Sequence record: PP434423.1
Source: Escherichia phage 236Ecol005PP
DNA length: 64,000 bases
Direction: 5' to 3' (one strand)
Below are positions 12,575 through 23,964 of this stretch, piece by piece. Within the stretch, counting starts at the first letter, position 1; each line of letters begins with the position of its first letter. The notes under the pieces are model-generated. The model did no database searches and had not been told where the DNA came from. It saw only the letters and a list, made by a program, of their open reading frames with translations. The position numbers and the translations under genes were made by a program.

Positions 12575-13255
12575 TTATTTTAATGTTACGAAAGAAGAAT
12601 TGCGTGTTTCACGAATTAGAACTGATCCGTCGCGATTAATATAATAAATTAAGCTAAATAAAGTTTGGTGTGCCGACGCATGTTCAAAACTAGTTGGGTG
12701 AGATTTCCAATCCGGAGTTTCAGCTATCCATTGATAAATCCACCAAGGAACAGTGCAGAATCCTGGATTTTTTCCAATCAGCTGAAGATTCGGGCTAAAG
12801 TTTTCCGGAAGAGTAAATACAGACGGCTTTTCAGATTCAATAATCTCAGCTACAGCTTGCTCGAATTTTTCTTCAACAAAAGGAGTATCTTCAATCAAAA
12901 CATCGGTATTTTCGGGAATTTTATCCGTTTCGACTACTTCAATTTTAATGTCAGATTTAACCGGAGAATCAATCAGAAGTGCTGCTTCTGGATTGACTTC
13001 TTCATCGTCATATTTTAATCCCTCTGCGGCATCAGCAGCATTGATTAAGTCTTTAATAGATAACCCATCAGTCTCTGGCATAGGTTCACTAGCGAGCTTC
13101 TGGAGGGCTTCTTCAATATCAACAACGATATTATCAAAAGATTTATTCTTTTTGACCTTTATACCAAACTGTTCAGCGTATTCAGCTAATTTAGCTTTAG
13201 CTTCTTTATTATCATCAAGAGCCTTCAGCTCTGCAATATAATCTTTATCTATCAT
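12575..13255 (-). CDS. inh: inhibitor of prohead protease
   Basis: 226-aa ORF in the hoc-inh-segD-uvsW arrangement of T4. Confidence 0.7.
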   Translation of the reverse strand: MIDKDYIAELKALDDNKEAKAKLAEYAEQFGIKVKKNKSFDNIVVDIEEALQKLASEPMPETDGLSIKDLINAADAAEGLKYDDEEVNPEAALLIDSPVKSDIKIEVVETDKIPENTDVLIEDTPFVEEKFEQAVAEIIESEKPSVFTLPENFSPNLQLIGKNPGFCTVPWWIYQWIAETPDWKSHPTSFEHASAHQTLFSLIYYINRDGSVLIRETRNSSFVTLK

Positions 13256-13268
13256 AATATTTCCTCAG

Positions 13269-13276
13269 TATAAATA
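13269..13276 (+). promoter_or_regulatory. T4-type late promoter (TATAAATA) upstream of segD
   Basis: TATAAATA upstream of ATG. Confidence 0.45.
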
Positions 13277-13304
13277 TAGATATATTTATTACTCGGAAAA
13301 TAGT

Positions 13305-13922
13305 ATGTACCACTTTGTATATGAAACGACAAATCTAATAAATGGTAAAAAGTATATAGGAAAACACTCTACTGATGACTTGAATGATGGCTACCTTGGT
13401 TCCGGTAAAGCAATTCAGCAGGCTATAAAGAAATATGGTGAAAAGAATTTCTCTAGAACAATACTAAAAGAGTTTAAAACTTCCGAAGAAGCGTACATGT
13501 ATGAAGAAGAAATTATAACTCCTGAACTAATAAAAAGCAAAAATTATTATAATATGAAACCTGGTGGAATTGGTGGAATTGTTATGACTGCAGAGGTTAT
13601 AGCAAAGATGAAAGAATCTTCCGCTAAGAGATTTGAAAACTCACCGGGCACGGTATTAGGTACAACTTGTTACACCAATGGAACTAAAAATATTTTTATT
13701 AAACCTGGAGAACTTGTTCCAGAAGGATTTGTAAAAGGGATGGTTCATCTTAATAGAAAGTCCAGAAAAGGATGTAAAGTCAAACCGACTACCACAGGAA
13801 CTTTTTGGGTCAATAATGGAGCAATAAATAAATTAATACAACCAGACGGTATTATTCCCGACGGATTTATTAAAGGTCGTCTCATGAAAAGAGACTCTAA
13901 AGGCAAATTTAGTAAGGCATAA
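13305..13922 (+). CDS. segD: GIY-YIG homing endonuclease
   Basis: 205-aa ORF with N-terminal GIY-YIG signature (HFVYETTNLINGKKYIGKHS); free-standing between inh and uvsW as T4 segD. Confidence 0.75.
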   Translation: MYHFVYETTNLINGKKYIGKHSTDDLNDGYLGSGKAIQQAIKKYGEKNFSRTILKEFKTSEEAYMYEEEIITPELIKSKNYYNMKPGGIGGIVMTAEVIAKMKESSAKRFENSPGTVLGTTCYTNGTKNIFIKPGELVPEGFVKGMVHLNRKSRKGCKVKPTTTGTFWVNNGAINKLIQPDGIIPDGFIKGRLMKRDSKGKFSKA

Positions 13923-13924
13923 TT

Positions 13925-15433
13925 ATGGATATTAAAGTACATTTTCACGACTTCAGTCATGTACGCATCGATTGTGAAGAGAGCACGTTCCACGAATTAA
14001 GAGATTTCTTTTCGTTTGAGGCCGATGGATATAGGTTTAATCCTCGCTTCAGATATGGCAACTGGGATGGACGAATCCGTCTTTTAGATTATAATCGCCT
14101 TCTTCCATTTGGCTTAGTCGGGCAAATTAAAAAGTTCTGTGATAACTTTGGCTATAAAGCCTGGATTGACCCGCAGATTAACGAAAAAGAAGAATTATCA
14201 AGAAAAGATTTTGATGAATGGCTTTCTAAATTAGAAATCTATTCAGGAAATAAAAGAATTGAACCACACTGGTATCAAAAAGATGCAGTGTTCGAAGGAT
14301 TAGTTAATCGTCGTAGAATTCTTAATCTTCCAACATCCGCAGGTAAATCTTTAATTCAAGCTTTGCTTGCTCGATATTATTTGGAAAATTATGAAGGTAA
14401 AATTCTTATCATTGTTCCAACAACTGCTCTGACAACTCAGATGGCTGATGACTTTGTTGACTATCGTTTATTCAGTCATGCAATGATAAAGAAAATCGGT
14501 GGTGGAGCATCAAAAGATGATAAATATAAAAATGATGCACCGGTCGTTGTTGGTACATGGCAAACTGTAGTAAAACAACCGAAAGAATGGTTCTCACAGT
14601 TTGGAATGATGATGAATGATGAATGCCATCTTGCTACAGGAAAAAGTATTTCATCTATCATATCAGGTTTAAATAACTGCATGTTTAAATTTGGTTTGTC
14701 CGGTTCATTGCGTGATGGCAAAGCTAATATCATGCAGTATGTTGGAATGTTTGGTGAAATATTTAAGCCAGTAACGACTTCTAAATTAATGGAAGATGGA
14801 CAAGTAACTGAGTTAAAAATTAATAGTATTTTTCTTCGCTATCCCGATGAGTTCACTACTAAATTAAAGGGAAAAACTTACCAAGAAGAAATAAAAATTA
14901 TTACTGGGCTCAGTAAAAGAAATAAATGGATCGCTAAATTAGCTATTAAGCTTGCGCAAAAAGATGAAAACGCTTTTGTCATGTTTAAGCATGTATCACA
15001 TGGTAAAGCTATTTTCGATTTAATTAAAAATGAATACGATAAAGTTTATTACGTATCAGGGGAAGTTGATACCGAAACCCGCAATATAATGAAAACCTTA
15101 GCTGAAAACGGTAAAGGAATAATTATAGTAGCTAGTTATGGTGTATTTTCTACTGGTATTTCAGTTAAAAATCTGCATCACGTTGTTTTAGCGCACGGTG
15201 TTAAATCTAAAATTATTGTATTGCAAACAATAGGTCGCGTATTACGTAAGCATGGTTCTAAAACAATCGCAACGGTCTGGGACCTCATAGATGATTGTGG
15301 CGTCAAGCCAAAATCTGCTAATACGAAAAAGAAATATGTTCATTTGAACTATCTTTTAAAACACGGCATTGATCGTATTCAGCGCTACGCAGATGAAAAA
15401 TTTAATTACGTAATGAAAACAGTTAATTTATAA
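13925..15433 (+). CDS. uvsW: UvsW DNA/RNA helicase
   Basis: 502-aa ORF with Walker A-like LPTSAGKS and DECH box (MNDECHLATG). Confidence 0.9.
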   Translation: MDIKVHFHDFSHVRIDCEESTFHELRDFFSFEADGYRFNPRFRYGNWDGRIRLLDYNRLLPFGLVGQIKKFCDNFGYKAWIDPQINEKEELSRKDFDEWLSKLEIYSGNKRIEPHWYQKDAVFEGLVNRRRILNLPTSAGKSLIQALLARYYLENYEGKILIIVPTTALTTQMADDFVDYRLFSHAMIKKIGGGASKDDKYKNDAPVVVGTWQTVVKQPKEWFSQFGMMMNDECHLATGKSISSIISGLNNCMFKFGLSGSLRDGKANIMQYVGMFGEIFKPVTTSKLMEDGQVTELKINSIFLRYPDEFTTKLKGKTYQEEIKIITGLSKRNKWIAKLAIKLAQKDENAFVMFKHVSHGKAIFDLIKNEYDKVYYVSGEVDTETRNIMKTLAENGKGIIIVASYGVFSTGISVKNLHHVVLAHGVKSKIIVLQTIGRVLRKHGSKTIATVWDLIDDCGVKPKSANTKKKYVHLNYLLKHGIDRIQRYADEKFNYVMKTVNL

Positions 15434-15446
15434 GGGCTTCGGCCCT

Positions 15447-15689
15447 TTGGAGAAAAAGATGTTACTAGAATTTAAACAATTTCTTTATGAAGCTTCTATT
15501 GATGAATTTATGGGTAAAATTGCCTCTTGCCAAACATTAGAAGGTCTAGAAGAACTCGAAGCTTATTATAAGAAAAGAGTTAAAGAAACTGAATTAAAAG
15601 ATACTGATGACATCTCTGTGAGAGATGCTTTGGCAGGAAAAAGAGCTGAATTAGAAGATTCAGACGATGAAGTAGAAGAAAGCTTTTAA
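15447..15689 (+). CDS. uvsW.1: small acidic protein downstream of uvsW
   Basis: 80-aa ORF in T4 uvsW.1 position. Confidence 0.6.
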   Translation: MEKKMLLEFKQFLYEASIDEFMGKIASCQTLEGLEELEAYYKKRVKETELKDTDDISVRDALAGKRAELEDSDDEVEESF

Positions 15690-15744
15690 ATTAAAAAAGG
15701 CCCAACCAAAAAAGGAAGGGCCAAAACTATAGACTAAAGGTCAC

Positions 15745-15912
15745 ACTATAGCAAAAGTTGTGTTTCATTTAATTGTTCTTCCGAACTTTCTGAAACTGGT
15801 AGTTCTTTAATGTAATTATAGCAAGGCCCAGGATGTACAGGACCTTTGTCTGTTTCAACAACCAATGCAGAATCGATTGGAGTTTTACAGACAACACAAA
15901 TCTTATCTGACA
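15745..15912 (-). CDS. small Cys-containing ORF (about 55 aa), not in ORF track
   Basis: My own translation of the - strand: MSDKICVVCKTPIDSALVVETDKGPVHPGPCYNYIK...; CxxC plus distal Cys; coordinates approximate. Confidence 0.3.
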
Positions 15913-15941
15913 TGATTGTCTCCTCTAAATTATATATCTAT

Positions 15942-16166
15942 TTATATAACTCTCATATGCATATCAATGCCCATATCTTTAGAATAAAAATATTCATCAA
16001 GATATCCGGCAAATTTTCCTTTAATATAAAGTACATCTTCACCGCATGGGTGGTCGGCCAGGATACGAATATCCTGGCGCTTGAGATTATACTTTTTCAT
16101 TAAGAATTGAATTTCCGTTTCGAATTCTTCTTCATAATTAAAAGCATCATCAATGCTATATTTCAT
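15942..16166 (-). CDS. hypothetical protein (74 aa)
   Basis: ORF immediately upstream of and coupled to uvsY. Confidence 0.5.
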   Translation of the reverse strand: MKYSIDDAFNYEEEFETEIQFLMKKYNLKRQDIRILADHPCGEDVLYIKGKFAGYLDEYFYSKDMGIDMHMRVI

Positions 16167-16579
16167 TATTTTCCAGCCTCAAATGCTCGCATGTCTTGAA
16201 TATGCTTAATAGCAAATCCACGTGATTTAATAGCATCAAGAGCTCCGCTACAGAAATCCAGTAAAATTCCCCAATATTGTAATGAAGTATCAACTTTTAA
16301 AACATCCTTATCAGCTGATAGAACTGTCTTCATTTCTGATTTTTCATAACGATCCATACTAAATTCATCACCATCTCCTCGTCCCGAGTAGTAGTCTAAT
16401 TTAGCTTTAAGAGCAACTTTTTTCTGTGCGTCAATTCTAAGCATTTCCTTTTTAATACTTGAATGCTTATTAAGCCATTTACTATATAACATCACATTAT
16501 TAGCTGCTTCATACTGTAATTTAGTCGAATCTATAAACACATCTTTCTTCAATTCTTCTTGAAGATCTTCTAATTTCAT
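16166..16579 (-). CDS. uvsY: recombination mediator UvsY
   Basis: 137-aa ORF, T4 UvsY size and position. Confidence 0.85.
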   Translation of the reverse strand: MKLEDLQEELKKDVFIDSTKLQYEAANNVMLYSKWLNKHSSIKKEMLRIDAQKKVALKAKLDYYSGRGDGDEFSMDRYEKSEMKTVLSADKDVLKVDTSLQYWGILLDFCSGALDAIKSRGFAIKHIQDMRAFEAGK

Positions 16580-16617
16580 ATTGTTCTCTATTCAATTGTT
16601 ATTGGATGGACTTAGAT

Positions 16618-16648
16618 TCATTATACCACGTTTATACGTGAAGCATTA
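16618..16648 (-). promoter_or_regulatory. candidate MotA-dependent middle promoter for uvsY
   Basis: On - strand: aTGCTTCA (MotA-box-like) followed about 13 nt later by TATAAT; approximate coordinates. Confidence 0.4.
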
Positions 16649-17044
16649 TACTCTATTACTGGAAGCCAATTGCAGTTTTATCTGCTCAATATCATCAGGG
16701 TTATCGATGACCGAAAAGCGTATTTCTACTATCAGAGTATAATCATCATAAACCGGTATTACATTAACTGCTAATTTATCAATACGTGGCTCGTAGTTTC
16801 TTACTGCGCTTTCGATGTTACGCTCAACTGTATCAGCAGTAAGAGGAGTCATATTCTCAAAAAGCTGGTCAGATAAATCGCATCCAAATTCTGGGTCAAA
16901 AGGTCTCGACCCTTTTCTGGTTGTAATAATTCCTAAAAGGCTATTTTTAATTGACCTTAATCCAAGAGATCTAGAAACATCTTTGTCCCAATCCATTTTC
17001 ATTTCTGGGTCAATGTCAGAATAAAGCTTATTAATATTTGCCAT
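16646..17044 (-). CDS. 25: baseplate wedge protein
   Basis: 132-aa ORF, T4 gp25 size/position. Confidence 0.85.
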   Translation of the reverse strand: MANINKLYSDIDPEMKMDWDKDVSRSLGLRSIKNSLLGIITTRKGSRPFDPEFGCDLSDQLFENMTPLTADTVERNIESAVRNYEPRIDKLAVNVIPVYDDYTLIVEIRFSVIDNPDDIEQIKLQLASSNRV

Positions 17045-17670
17045 TACAATAGCTCAAAGAATTCTTTGAGTCCTCTTATTACATGAGCGTGAGTTTTTCC
17101 ACACTCTGGACACTTAATTGGAACAGCCAAATAAACAGTAGGCTTTAAAAGCATATCTTTTATAGCTACAATATCTGACTCTGTGATGATAGAATATAAA
17201 TCTTCCAGTTCCTTTTCATTTAAGTCTTCAACTGGAATGCTTTCCCCGTTAGCATGAATCGTTTCTATGCATGATACTATCATGTGGGCTATATTTTTAT
17301 CATCAAAAATTTTAGGGTAATGGAACTTAATTTTAATGTCACCCAGTGTATACCAGAGGTCTTCTGGTGCATCTATTTGTGTATGTAATAGATTTATATG
17401 GGTTGGTATTTCAGTTCCACAGGTGCACTTCCAGGAGTTTTCATGATTAACTTCTCCAAGAGAATGCGCCCATAAATGAATCAGCAGTAGTTCTGATTCT
17501 TGGCGGTTTAAATCTTTTGCATTTGTGCAGTCTTTGATTAGCTTTTTAACAATCTCTTCGACTGAACCGTTCTTTTTAGCAGTAATAAGTTCTAGATATT
17601 CTTTAAGAGTAAATGCGCGACAGTTGATTATTTTAGAACCAACTCTCACGTCAAATTTGTATTCATACAT
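17044..17670 (-). CDS. 26: baseplate hub protein
   Basis: 208-aa ORF, coupled to gene 25. Confidence 0.8.
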   Translation of the reverse strand: MYEYKFDVRVGSKIINCRAFTLKEYLELITAKKNGSVEEIVKKLIKDCTNAKDLNRQESELLLIHLWAHSLGEVNHENSWKCTCGTEIPTHINLLHTQIDAPEDLWYTLGDIKIKFHYPKIFDDKNIAHMIVSCIETIHANGESIPVEDLNEKELEDLYSIITESDIVAIKDMLLKPTVYLAVPIKCPECGKTHAHVIRGLKEFFELL

Positions 17671-17689
17671 ATTTAGCTCCTTTATTTAT

Positions 17690-17706
17690 CATATTTATAA
17701 ATAGAA
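17690..17706. promoter_or_regulatory. divergent late promoters between genes 26 and 51
   Basis: Sequence tatttataaatag gives TATAAATA on both strands. Confidence 0.45.
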
Positions 17707-17720
17707 TAAAAGGAGCATCT

Positions 17721-18470
17721 ATGGCAAACATTATTCGTTGTAAATTACCAGATGGTGTTCATCGTTTTAAACCATTTACGGTAGAAGATTATCGAGATTT
17801 TTTGTTAGTTCGAAACGATATAGAACATCGGTCACCACAAGAACAAAAAGAAATAATTGCTGATTTAATTGCTGATTATTTTGGAGACTATCCGAAGACT
17901 TGGCAACCATTTATATTTTTGCAGGTATTTGTAGGGTCGATAGGTAAAACTAAAGTACCGGTCACATTTGTATGTCCAAAATGTAAAAAAGAAAAGACAG
18001 TTCCATTTGAAATATATCAAAAAGAATTAAAGGAACCTGTTTTTGATGTAGCTAATGTTAAAATTAAATTAAAGTTTCCTTCTGAGTTTTATGAAAATAA
18101 AGCAAAGATGATTACTGAAAATATTCATTCTGTTCAAGTAGATGAAACTTGGTATGATTGGAAGGAAATTAGCGAATCAAGTCAAATAGAACTCGTTGAC
18201 GCCATCGAGATAGAAACATTAGAAAAAATTCTCGATGCAATGAATCCTATTAATTTAACTCTACATATGTCATGCTGTAATAAGTATGTAAAAAAATACA
18301 CTGATATAGTAGATGTGTTTAAGCTATTAGTTAACCCAGATGAAATATTTACTTTTTATCAAATCAATCACACGCTCGTAAAAAGTAATTATAGCTTAAA
18401 TTCAATAATGAAAATGATTCCTGCCGAGCGCGGATTCGTATTAAAACTGATTGAGAAGGATAAACAATAA
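17721..18470 (+). CDS. 51: baseplate hub assembly protein
   Basis: 249-aa ORF, T4 gp51 size/position. Confidence 0.8.
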   Translation: MANIIRCKLPDGVHRFKPFTVEDYRDFLLVRNDIEHRSPQEQKEIIADLIADYFGDYPKTWQPFIFLQVFVGSIGKTKVPVTFVCPKCKKEKTVPFEIYQKELKEPVFDVANVKIKLKFPSEFYENKAKMITENIHSVQVDETWYDWKEISESSQIELVDAIEIETLEKILDAMNPINLTLHMSCCNKYVKKYTDIVDVFKLLVNPDEIFTFYQINHTLVKSNYSLNSIMKMIPAERGFVLKLIEKDKQ

Positions 18471-19645
18471 TGAGTATGTTGCAACGCCCAGGATATCCAA
18501 ATCTCAGCGTTAAATTATTTGATAGCTACGACGCTTGGAGTAATAATAGATTTGTTGAATTAGCTGCTACTATTACCACATTAACTATGCGGGATTCTCT
18601 TTATGGACGAAATGAAGGAATGCTGCAGTTTTATGATTCTAAAAACATCCATACAAAAATGGATGGAAATGAAATAATTCAGATTTCTGTAGCTAATGCA
18701 AATGATATTAATAATGTTAAAACACGAATTTATGGATGTAAGCATTTTTCAGTGTCAGTAGATTCAAAAGGCGATAACATCATTGCTATTGAATTGGGAA
18801 CTATTCATTCTATAGAAAATCTTAAATTTGGCAGACCGTTTTTCCCTGATGCAGGTGAATCTATAAAGGAAATGCTTGGCGTCATTTATCAAGACCGTAC
18901 GCTATTGACTCCAGCAATAAATGCTATAAATGCTTATGTTCCTGATATTCCGTGGACTAGTACATTTGAAAACTATTTGTCGTATGTCAGAGAAGTTGCT
19001 CTAGCTGTAGGAAGTGACAAATTTGTATTTGTGTGGCAAGACATCATGGGAGTTAACATGATGGACTATGATATGATGATAAATCAAGAACCATATCCAA
19101 TGATTGTCGGTGAGCCATCTTTAATAGGTCAATTCATCCAAGAATTAAAATATCCATTAGCATATGATTTCGTTTGGTTGACTAAATCGAATCCTCACAA
19201 ACGTGACCCAATGAAAAATGCTACTATCTATGCACATTCATTTTTGGATTCTTCATTGCCAATGATTACTACAGGAAAGGGCGAAAACTCTATTGTAGTG
19301 TCAAGATCAGGTGCTTATTCTGAAATGACTTATAGGAATGGGTATGAAGAAGCTATTCGTCTTCAAACTATGGCACAATACGATGGCTATGCTAAATGTT
19401 CTACTGTCGGTAATTTTAACTTGACACCTGGCGTTAAAATTATTTTTAACGATAGTAAAAACCAATTTAAAACAGAATTTTACGTTGATGAAGTCATCCA
19501 TGAATTATCAAATAATAATTCAGTAACTCATCTATATATGTTCACTAATGCAACGAAACTGGAAACAATAGACCCAGTTAAGGTTAAAAATGAATTTAAA
19601 TCTGATACTACCACTGAAGAAAGTAGTTCTTCCAATAAGCAATAA
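18470..19645 (+). CDS. 27: baseplate hub protein
   Basis: 391-aa ORF, T4 gp27 size/position. Confidence 0.85.
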   Translation: MSMLQRPGYPNLSVKLFDSYDAWSNNRFVELAATITTLTMRDSLYGRNEGMLQFYDSKNIHTKMDGNEIIQISVANANDINNVKTRIYGCKHFSVSVDSKGDNIIAIELGTIHSIENLKFGRPFFPDAGESIKEMLGVIYQDRTLLTPAINAINAYVPDIPWTSTFENYLSYVREVALAVGSDKFVFVWQDIMGVNMMDYDMMINQEPYPMIVGEPSLIGQFIQELKYPLAYDFVWLTKSNPHKRDPMKNATIYAHSFLDSSLPMITTGKGENSIVVSRSGAYSEMTYRNGYEEAIRLQTMAQYDGYAKCSTVGNFNLTPGVKIIFNDSKNQFKTEFYVDEVIHELSNNNSVTHLYMFTNATKLETIDPVKVKNEFKSDTTTEESSSSNKQ

Positions 19646-20123
19646 AGAAGTTTCTATTCCTAAAATGGGTCTTAAACATTATAACATTTTAAAAGATGTT
19701 AAAGGTCCTGATGAAAATTTAAAACTTCTTATTGATTCTATTTGTCCGAATTTATCACCAGCAGAAGTTGATTTCGTTTCCATTCATTTATTGGAATTTA
19801 ATGGAAAGATTAAATCTCGTAAAGAAATAGATAGTTATACTTATGACATTAATGATGTTTATGTATGCCAAAGATTAGAATTTCAATACCAAGGAAATAC
19901 ATTTTATTTTAGACCGCCTGGAAAATTTGAACAATTTTTAACTGTGAGCGATATGTTATCCAAATGCTTGCTTAAGGTCAATGATGAAGTTAAAGAAATT
20001 AATTTTCTTGAGATGCCAGCATTCGTTTTAAAATGGGCAAATGATATTTTTACAACTTTAGCAATTCCTGGCCCTAATGGTCCAATAACCGGAATTGGCA
20101 ATATTATTGGATTATTTGAATGA
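19590..20123 (+). CDS. 28: baseplate hub distal subunit
   Basis: 177-aa ORF overlapping 3' end of gene 27 in another frame. Confidence 0.75.
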   Translation: MNLNLILPLKKVVLPISNKEVSIPKMGLKHYNILKDVKGPDENLKLLIDSICPNLSPAEVDFVSIHLLEFNGKIKSRKEIDSYTYDINDVYVCQRLEFQYQGNTFYFRPPGKFEQFLTVSDMLSKCLLKVNDEVKEINFLEMPAFVLKWANDIFTTLAIPGPNGPITGIGNIIGLFE

Positions 20124-21892
20124 AAAAGCCACAAGAAATGCAAACGATGCGTAGAAAAGTTATTTCAGATAATAAACCAACACAGGAAGCGGCTAAATCC
20201 GCTTCTAACACTTTATCTGGACTTAACGATATATCTACGAAATTGGATGATGCTCAAGCTGCTTCTGAGTTAATTGCTCAAACTGTCGAAGAAAAATCGA
20301 ATGAAATAATTGGAGCAATTGACAACGTAGAAAGCGCAGTGAGTGATACTACCGCTGGTTCTGAGTTAATTGCTGAAACTGTTGAAATTGGCAATAATAT
20401 TAATAAAGAAATCGGTGAATCACTCGGGAGCAAATTAGATAAATTAACAAGTTTACTAGAGCAAAAAATTCAGACAGCCGGAATTCAACAAACAGGAACT
20501 AGTTTAGCTACGGTTGAAAGCGCTATTCCTGTTAAAGTTGTTGAGGACGATACAGCTGAATCTGTGGGTCCTTTATTACCGGCTCCTGAAGCAGTTAATA
20601 ATGATCCTGATGCTGATTTTTTCCCTACCCCTCAGCCAGTTGAACCCAAACAAGAATCACCAGAAGAAAAACAGAAAAAAGACGCATTTAACTTAAAATT
20701 ATCTCAAGCTTTAGATAAATTAACGAAGACTGTTGATTTTGGATTTAAGAAATCCATTTCAATTACTGATAAAATATCGAGCATGTTATTTAAGTATACT
20801 GTCAGTGCTGCTATTGAAGCTGCTAAAATGACTGCAATGATATTGGCTGTTGTTGTCGGAATAGATCTGTTGATGGTTCATTTCAAATATTGGTCAGATA
20901 AATTTTCGCAGGCTTGGGATTTGTTTAGTACAGACTTTACTAAATTCTCTAGCGAAACCGGAACATGGGGTCCTTTATTACAGAGCATCTTTGGTTCTAT
21001 TGATAAAATTAAGAAGCTGTGGGAAGCTGGAGATTGGGGCGGATTGACAGCAGCTATTGTAGAAGGGCTTGGAAAGGTTCTTTTTAATTTAGGAGAGCTT
21101 ATTCAACTTGGTATGGCTAAATTATCTGCGGCAATTCTTCGAGTCATTCCTGGTATGAAGGATACTGCTGATGAAGTAGAAGGAAGAGCACTAGAAAATT
21201 TCCAAAATACTACAAATGCTTCTCTTAACAAAGAAGACCAAGAAAAAGTTGCAAACTATCAATATAAAAGAATGAATGGAGAACTTGGTCCGATAGCAAA
21301 AGGACTCGACAAAATTGCGAACTGGAAAACTCGTGCATCTAACTGGATTCGTGGTGTTGATAATAAAGAAGCACTAACGACTGATGAAGAGAGAGCAGAG
21401 GAAGAAGAAAAATTAAAGCAACTTTCTCCGGAGGAAGCTAAAATTGCTTTAATGAAAGCTAATGAAGCTCGTGCTGCTATGAATCGTTTTGATGAATATG
21501 CTAATTCAGCTGATATGAGTAAAGACTCAACAGTTAAATCAGTTGAAGCTGCCTATGAAGACCTTAAAAAACGGATGGATGACCCGGATTTAAATAATTC
21601 ACCGGCAGTTAAAAAAGAACTTGCTGCTAGATTTTCTAAAATTGATGCTACTTATCAAGAGCTCAAGAAAAATCAGCCTAATGCCAAACCTCAAACTTCT
21701 GCTAAATCGCCAGAAGCAAAACAAGTCCAGGTAATAGAAAAGAACAAAGCGCAACAAGCTCCTGTTCAACAAGCATCTCCTTCGATCAATAATACTAATA
21801 ATGTTGTTAAGAAAAATACTGTCGTTCATAATATGACACCCGTAACGAGCACGACTGCTCCTGGTGTATTTGATGCGACTGGAGTTAATTAA
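20120..21892 (+). CDS. 29: tail tape-measure protein
   Basis: 590-aa ORF, T4 gp29 size/position. Confidence 0.85.
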   Translation: MKKPQEMQTMRRKVISDNKPTQEAAKSASNTLSGLNDISTKLDDAQAASELIAQTVEEKSNEIIGAIDNVESAVSDTTAGSELIAETVEIGNNINKEIGESLGSKLDKLTSLLEQKIQTAGIQQTGTSLATVESAIPVKVVEDDTAESVGPLLPAPEAVNNDPDADFFPTPQPVEPKQESPEEKQKKDAFNLKLSQALDKLTKTVDFGFKKSISITDKISSMLFKYTVSAAIEAAKMTAMILAVVVGIDLLMVHFKYWSDKFSQAWDLFSTDFTKFSSETGTWGPLLQSIFGSIDKIKKLWEAGDWGGLTAAIVEGLGKVLFNLGELIQLGMAKLSAAILRVIPGMKDTADEVEGRALENFQNTTNASLNKEDQEKVANYQYKRMNGELGPIAKGLDKIANWKTRASNWIRGVDNKEALTTDEERAEEEEKLKQLSPEEAKIALMKANEARAAMNRFDEYANSADMSKDSTVKSVEAAYEDLKKRMDDPDLNNSPAVKKELAARFSKIDATYQELKKNQPNAKPQTSAKSPEAKQVQVIEKNKAQQAPVQQASPSINNTNNVVKKNTVVHNMTPVTSTTAPGVFDATGVN

Positions 21893-21900
21893 GGAATAAT

Positions 21901-22995
21901 ATGGCAATTGTTAAAGAAATAACTGCTGATTTAATTAAAAAGTCCGGTGAGAAAATTTCAGCCGGACAGAGTACTAAATCAGAAGTAGCAACTAAAACAT
22001 ACACTGCCCAGTTTCCAACTGGGCGTGCTAGTGGTAATGACACTACAGGGGACTTCCAGGTAACAGATCTATATAAGAATGGATTATTATTTACTGCATA
22101 CAATATGTCATCTAGGGATTCTGGAAGTCTTAGATCGATGAGATCTAACTACTCTTCTTCATCTTCGAGTATTTTAAGTACAGCTAGAAACACTATTAGT
22201 AGTACAGTATCAAAACTATCAAATGGATTAATATCAAACAATAATTCAGGAACAATAAGTAAAGCTCCTGTGGCAAATATTCTTTTACCGAGATCTAAAT
22301 CTGATGTTGATACATCATCACATAGATTTAATGATGTTCAAGAAAGTCTTATCAGCAGAGGCGGAGGTACTGCTACTGGTGTGCTAAGTAATATTGCTTC
22401 AACTGCAGTGTTTGGGGCACTGGAAAGTATAACGCAAGGTATAATGGCTGATAATAATGAACAGATTTATACAACAGCCAGAAGTATGTATGGTGGTGCT
22501 GAGAATAGAACTAAAGTGTTTACATGGGATTTGACTCCACGTTCAACAGAAGATTTAATGGCTATTATTAATATCTATCAATATTTTAACTATTTTTCTT
22601 ATGGCGAAACAGGTAAATCTCAATACGCTGCTGAAATAAAGGGGTATTTGGATGATTGGTATCGTTCTACGTTAATTGAACCTTTATCTCCGGAAGACGC
22701 AGCTAAAAATAAAACACTATTTGAGAAAATGACAGCAAGTTTAACGAACGTTCTAGTAGTTTCAAACCCGACAGTTTGGATGGTGAAAAACTTTGGTGCA
22801 ACATCTAAGTTTGATGGAAAAACGGAAATATTTGGCCCATGTCAAATACAGAGCATTAGATTTGATAAAACGCCTAACGGTAACTTTAATGGATTAGCTA
22901 TTGCTCCAAACCTCTCTAGTACATTTACTCTTGAGATTACTATGAGAGAAATTATCACGTTAAACCGTGCTTCTTTATATGCGGGGACTTTTTAA
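21901..22995 (+). CDS. 48: baseplate tail tube cap
   Basis: 364-aa ORF, T4 gp48 size/position. Confidence 0.85.
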   Translation: MAIVKEITADLIKKSGEKISAGQSTKSEVATKTYTAQFPTGRASGNDTTGDFQVTDLYKNGLLFTAYNMSSRDSGSLRSMRSNYSSSSSSILSTARNTISSTVSKLSNGLISNNNSGTISKAPVANILLPRSKSDVDTSSHRFNDVQESLISRGGGTATGVLSNIASTAVFGALESITQGIMADNNEQIYTTARSMYGGAENRTKVFTWDLTPRSTEDLMAIINIYQYFNYFSYGETGKSQYAAEIKGYLDDWYRSTLIEPLSPEDAAKNKTLFEKMTASLTNVLVVSNPTVWMVKNFGATSKFDGKTEIFGPCQIQSIRFDKTPNGNFNGLAIAPNLSSTFTLEITMREIITLNRASLYAGTF

Positions 22996-23960
22996 TGTAT
23001 TCTTTAGAGGAATTTAATAATCAAGCAATAAACGCAGATTTCCAACGTAATAATATGTTTAGCTGCGTTTTTGCGACAACTCCATCAACTAAAAGCTCTT
23101 CGTTGATAAGTTCAATTAGCAACTTTTCTTATAATAACTTGGGCCTAAATTCAAATTGGTTAGGATTAACTCAAGGTGATATTAATCAGGGAATTACCAC
23201 GCTAATTACAGCTGGCACACAAAAACTAATAAGAAAATCAGGAGTCAGTAAATATCTCATTGGTGCCATGAGTCAACGTACTGTCCAGAGTTTATTAGGC
23301 TCATTTACAGTTGGTACATATTTAATTGACTTCTTTAACATGGCATATAACTCATCTGGATTGATGATATACTCTGTAAAAATGCCAGAGAATAGATTAT
23401 CCTATGAAACTGACTGGAACTATAATTCTCCTAATATTCGTATAACTGGGAGAGAATTAGACCCTTTGGTTATTTCATTTAGAATGGATTCAGAAGCTTG
23501 TAACTATCGTGCAATGCAAGACTGGGTTAACGCTGTTCAAGACCCAGTAACTGGATTGCGTGCTTTGCCACAAGATGTCGAGGCAGATATTCAGGTTAAT
23601 CTTCATTCTCGCAATGGATTGCCTCATACTGCGGTGATGTTCACCGGATGCATTCCAATATCAGTGAGCGCTCCTGAGCTATCATATGATGGAGATAACC
23701 AAATAACTACATTTGATGTTACTTTTGCGTACAGAGTGATGCAGGCTGGAGCAGTTGATAGGCAAGCTGCGCTTGAATGGCTTGAATCTGCTGCTATAAA
23801 TGGTATTCAAAGCGTTCTCGGAAATAGTGGAGGTGTTACTGGACTATCTAATTCGCTTTCACGACTTAGTAGATTAGGAGGAACTGCGGGAAGCATTTCA
23901 AACATTAATACTATGACGGGAATTGTCAACTCGCAAAGTAAAATATTAGGAGCAATATAA
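22995..23960 (+). CDS. 54: baseplate tail tube initiator
   Basis: 321-aa ORF coupled to gene 48. Confidence 0.85.
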   Translation: MYSLEEFNNQAINADFQRNNMFSCVFATTPSTKSSSLISSISNFSYNNLGLNSNWLGLTQGDINQGITTLITAGTQKLIRKSGVSKYLIGAMSQRTVQSLLGSFTVGTYLIDFFNMAYNSSGLMIYSVKMPENRLSYETDWNYNSPNIRITGRELDPLVISFRMDSEACNYRAMQDWVNAVQDPVTGLRALPQDVEADIQVNLHSRNGLPHTAVMFTGCIPISVSAPELSYDGDNQITTFDVTFAYRVMQAGAVDRQAALEWLESAAINGIQSVLGNSGGVTGLSNSLSRLSRLGGTAGSISNINTMTGIVNSQSKILGAI

Positions 23961-23964
23961 CAAT

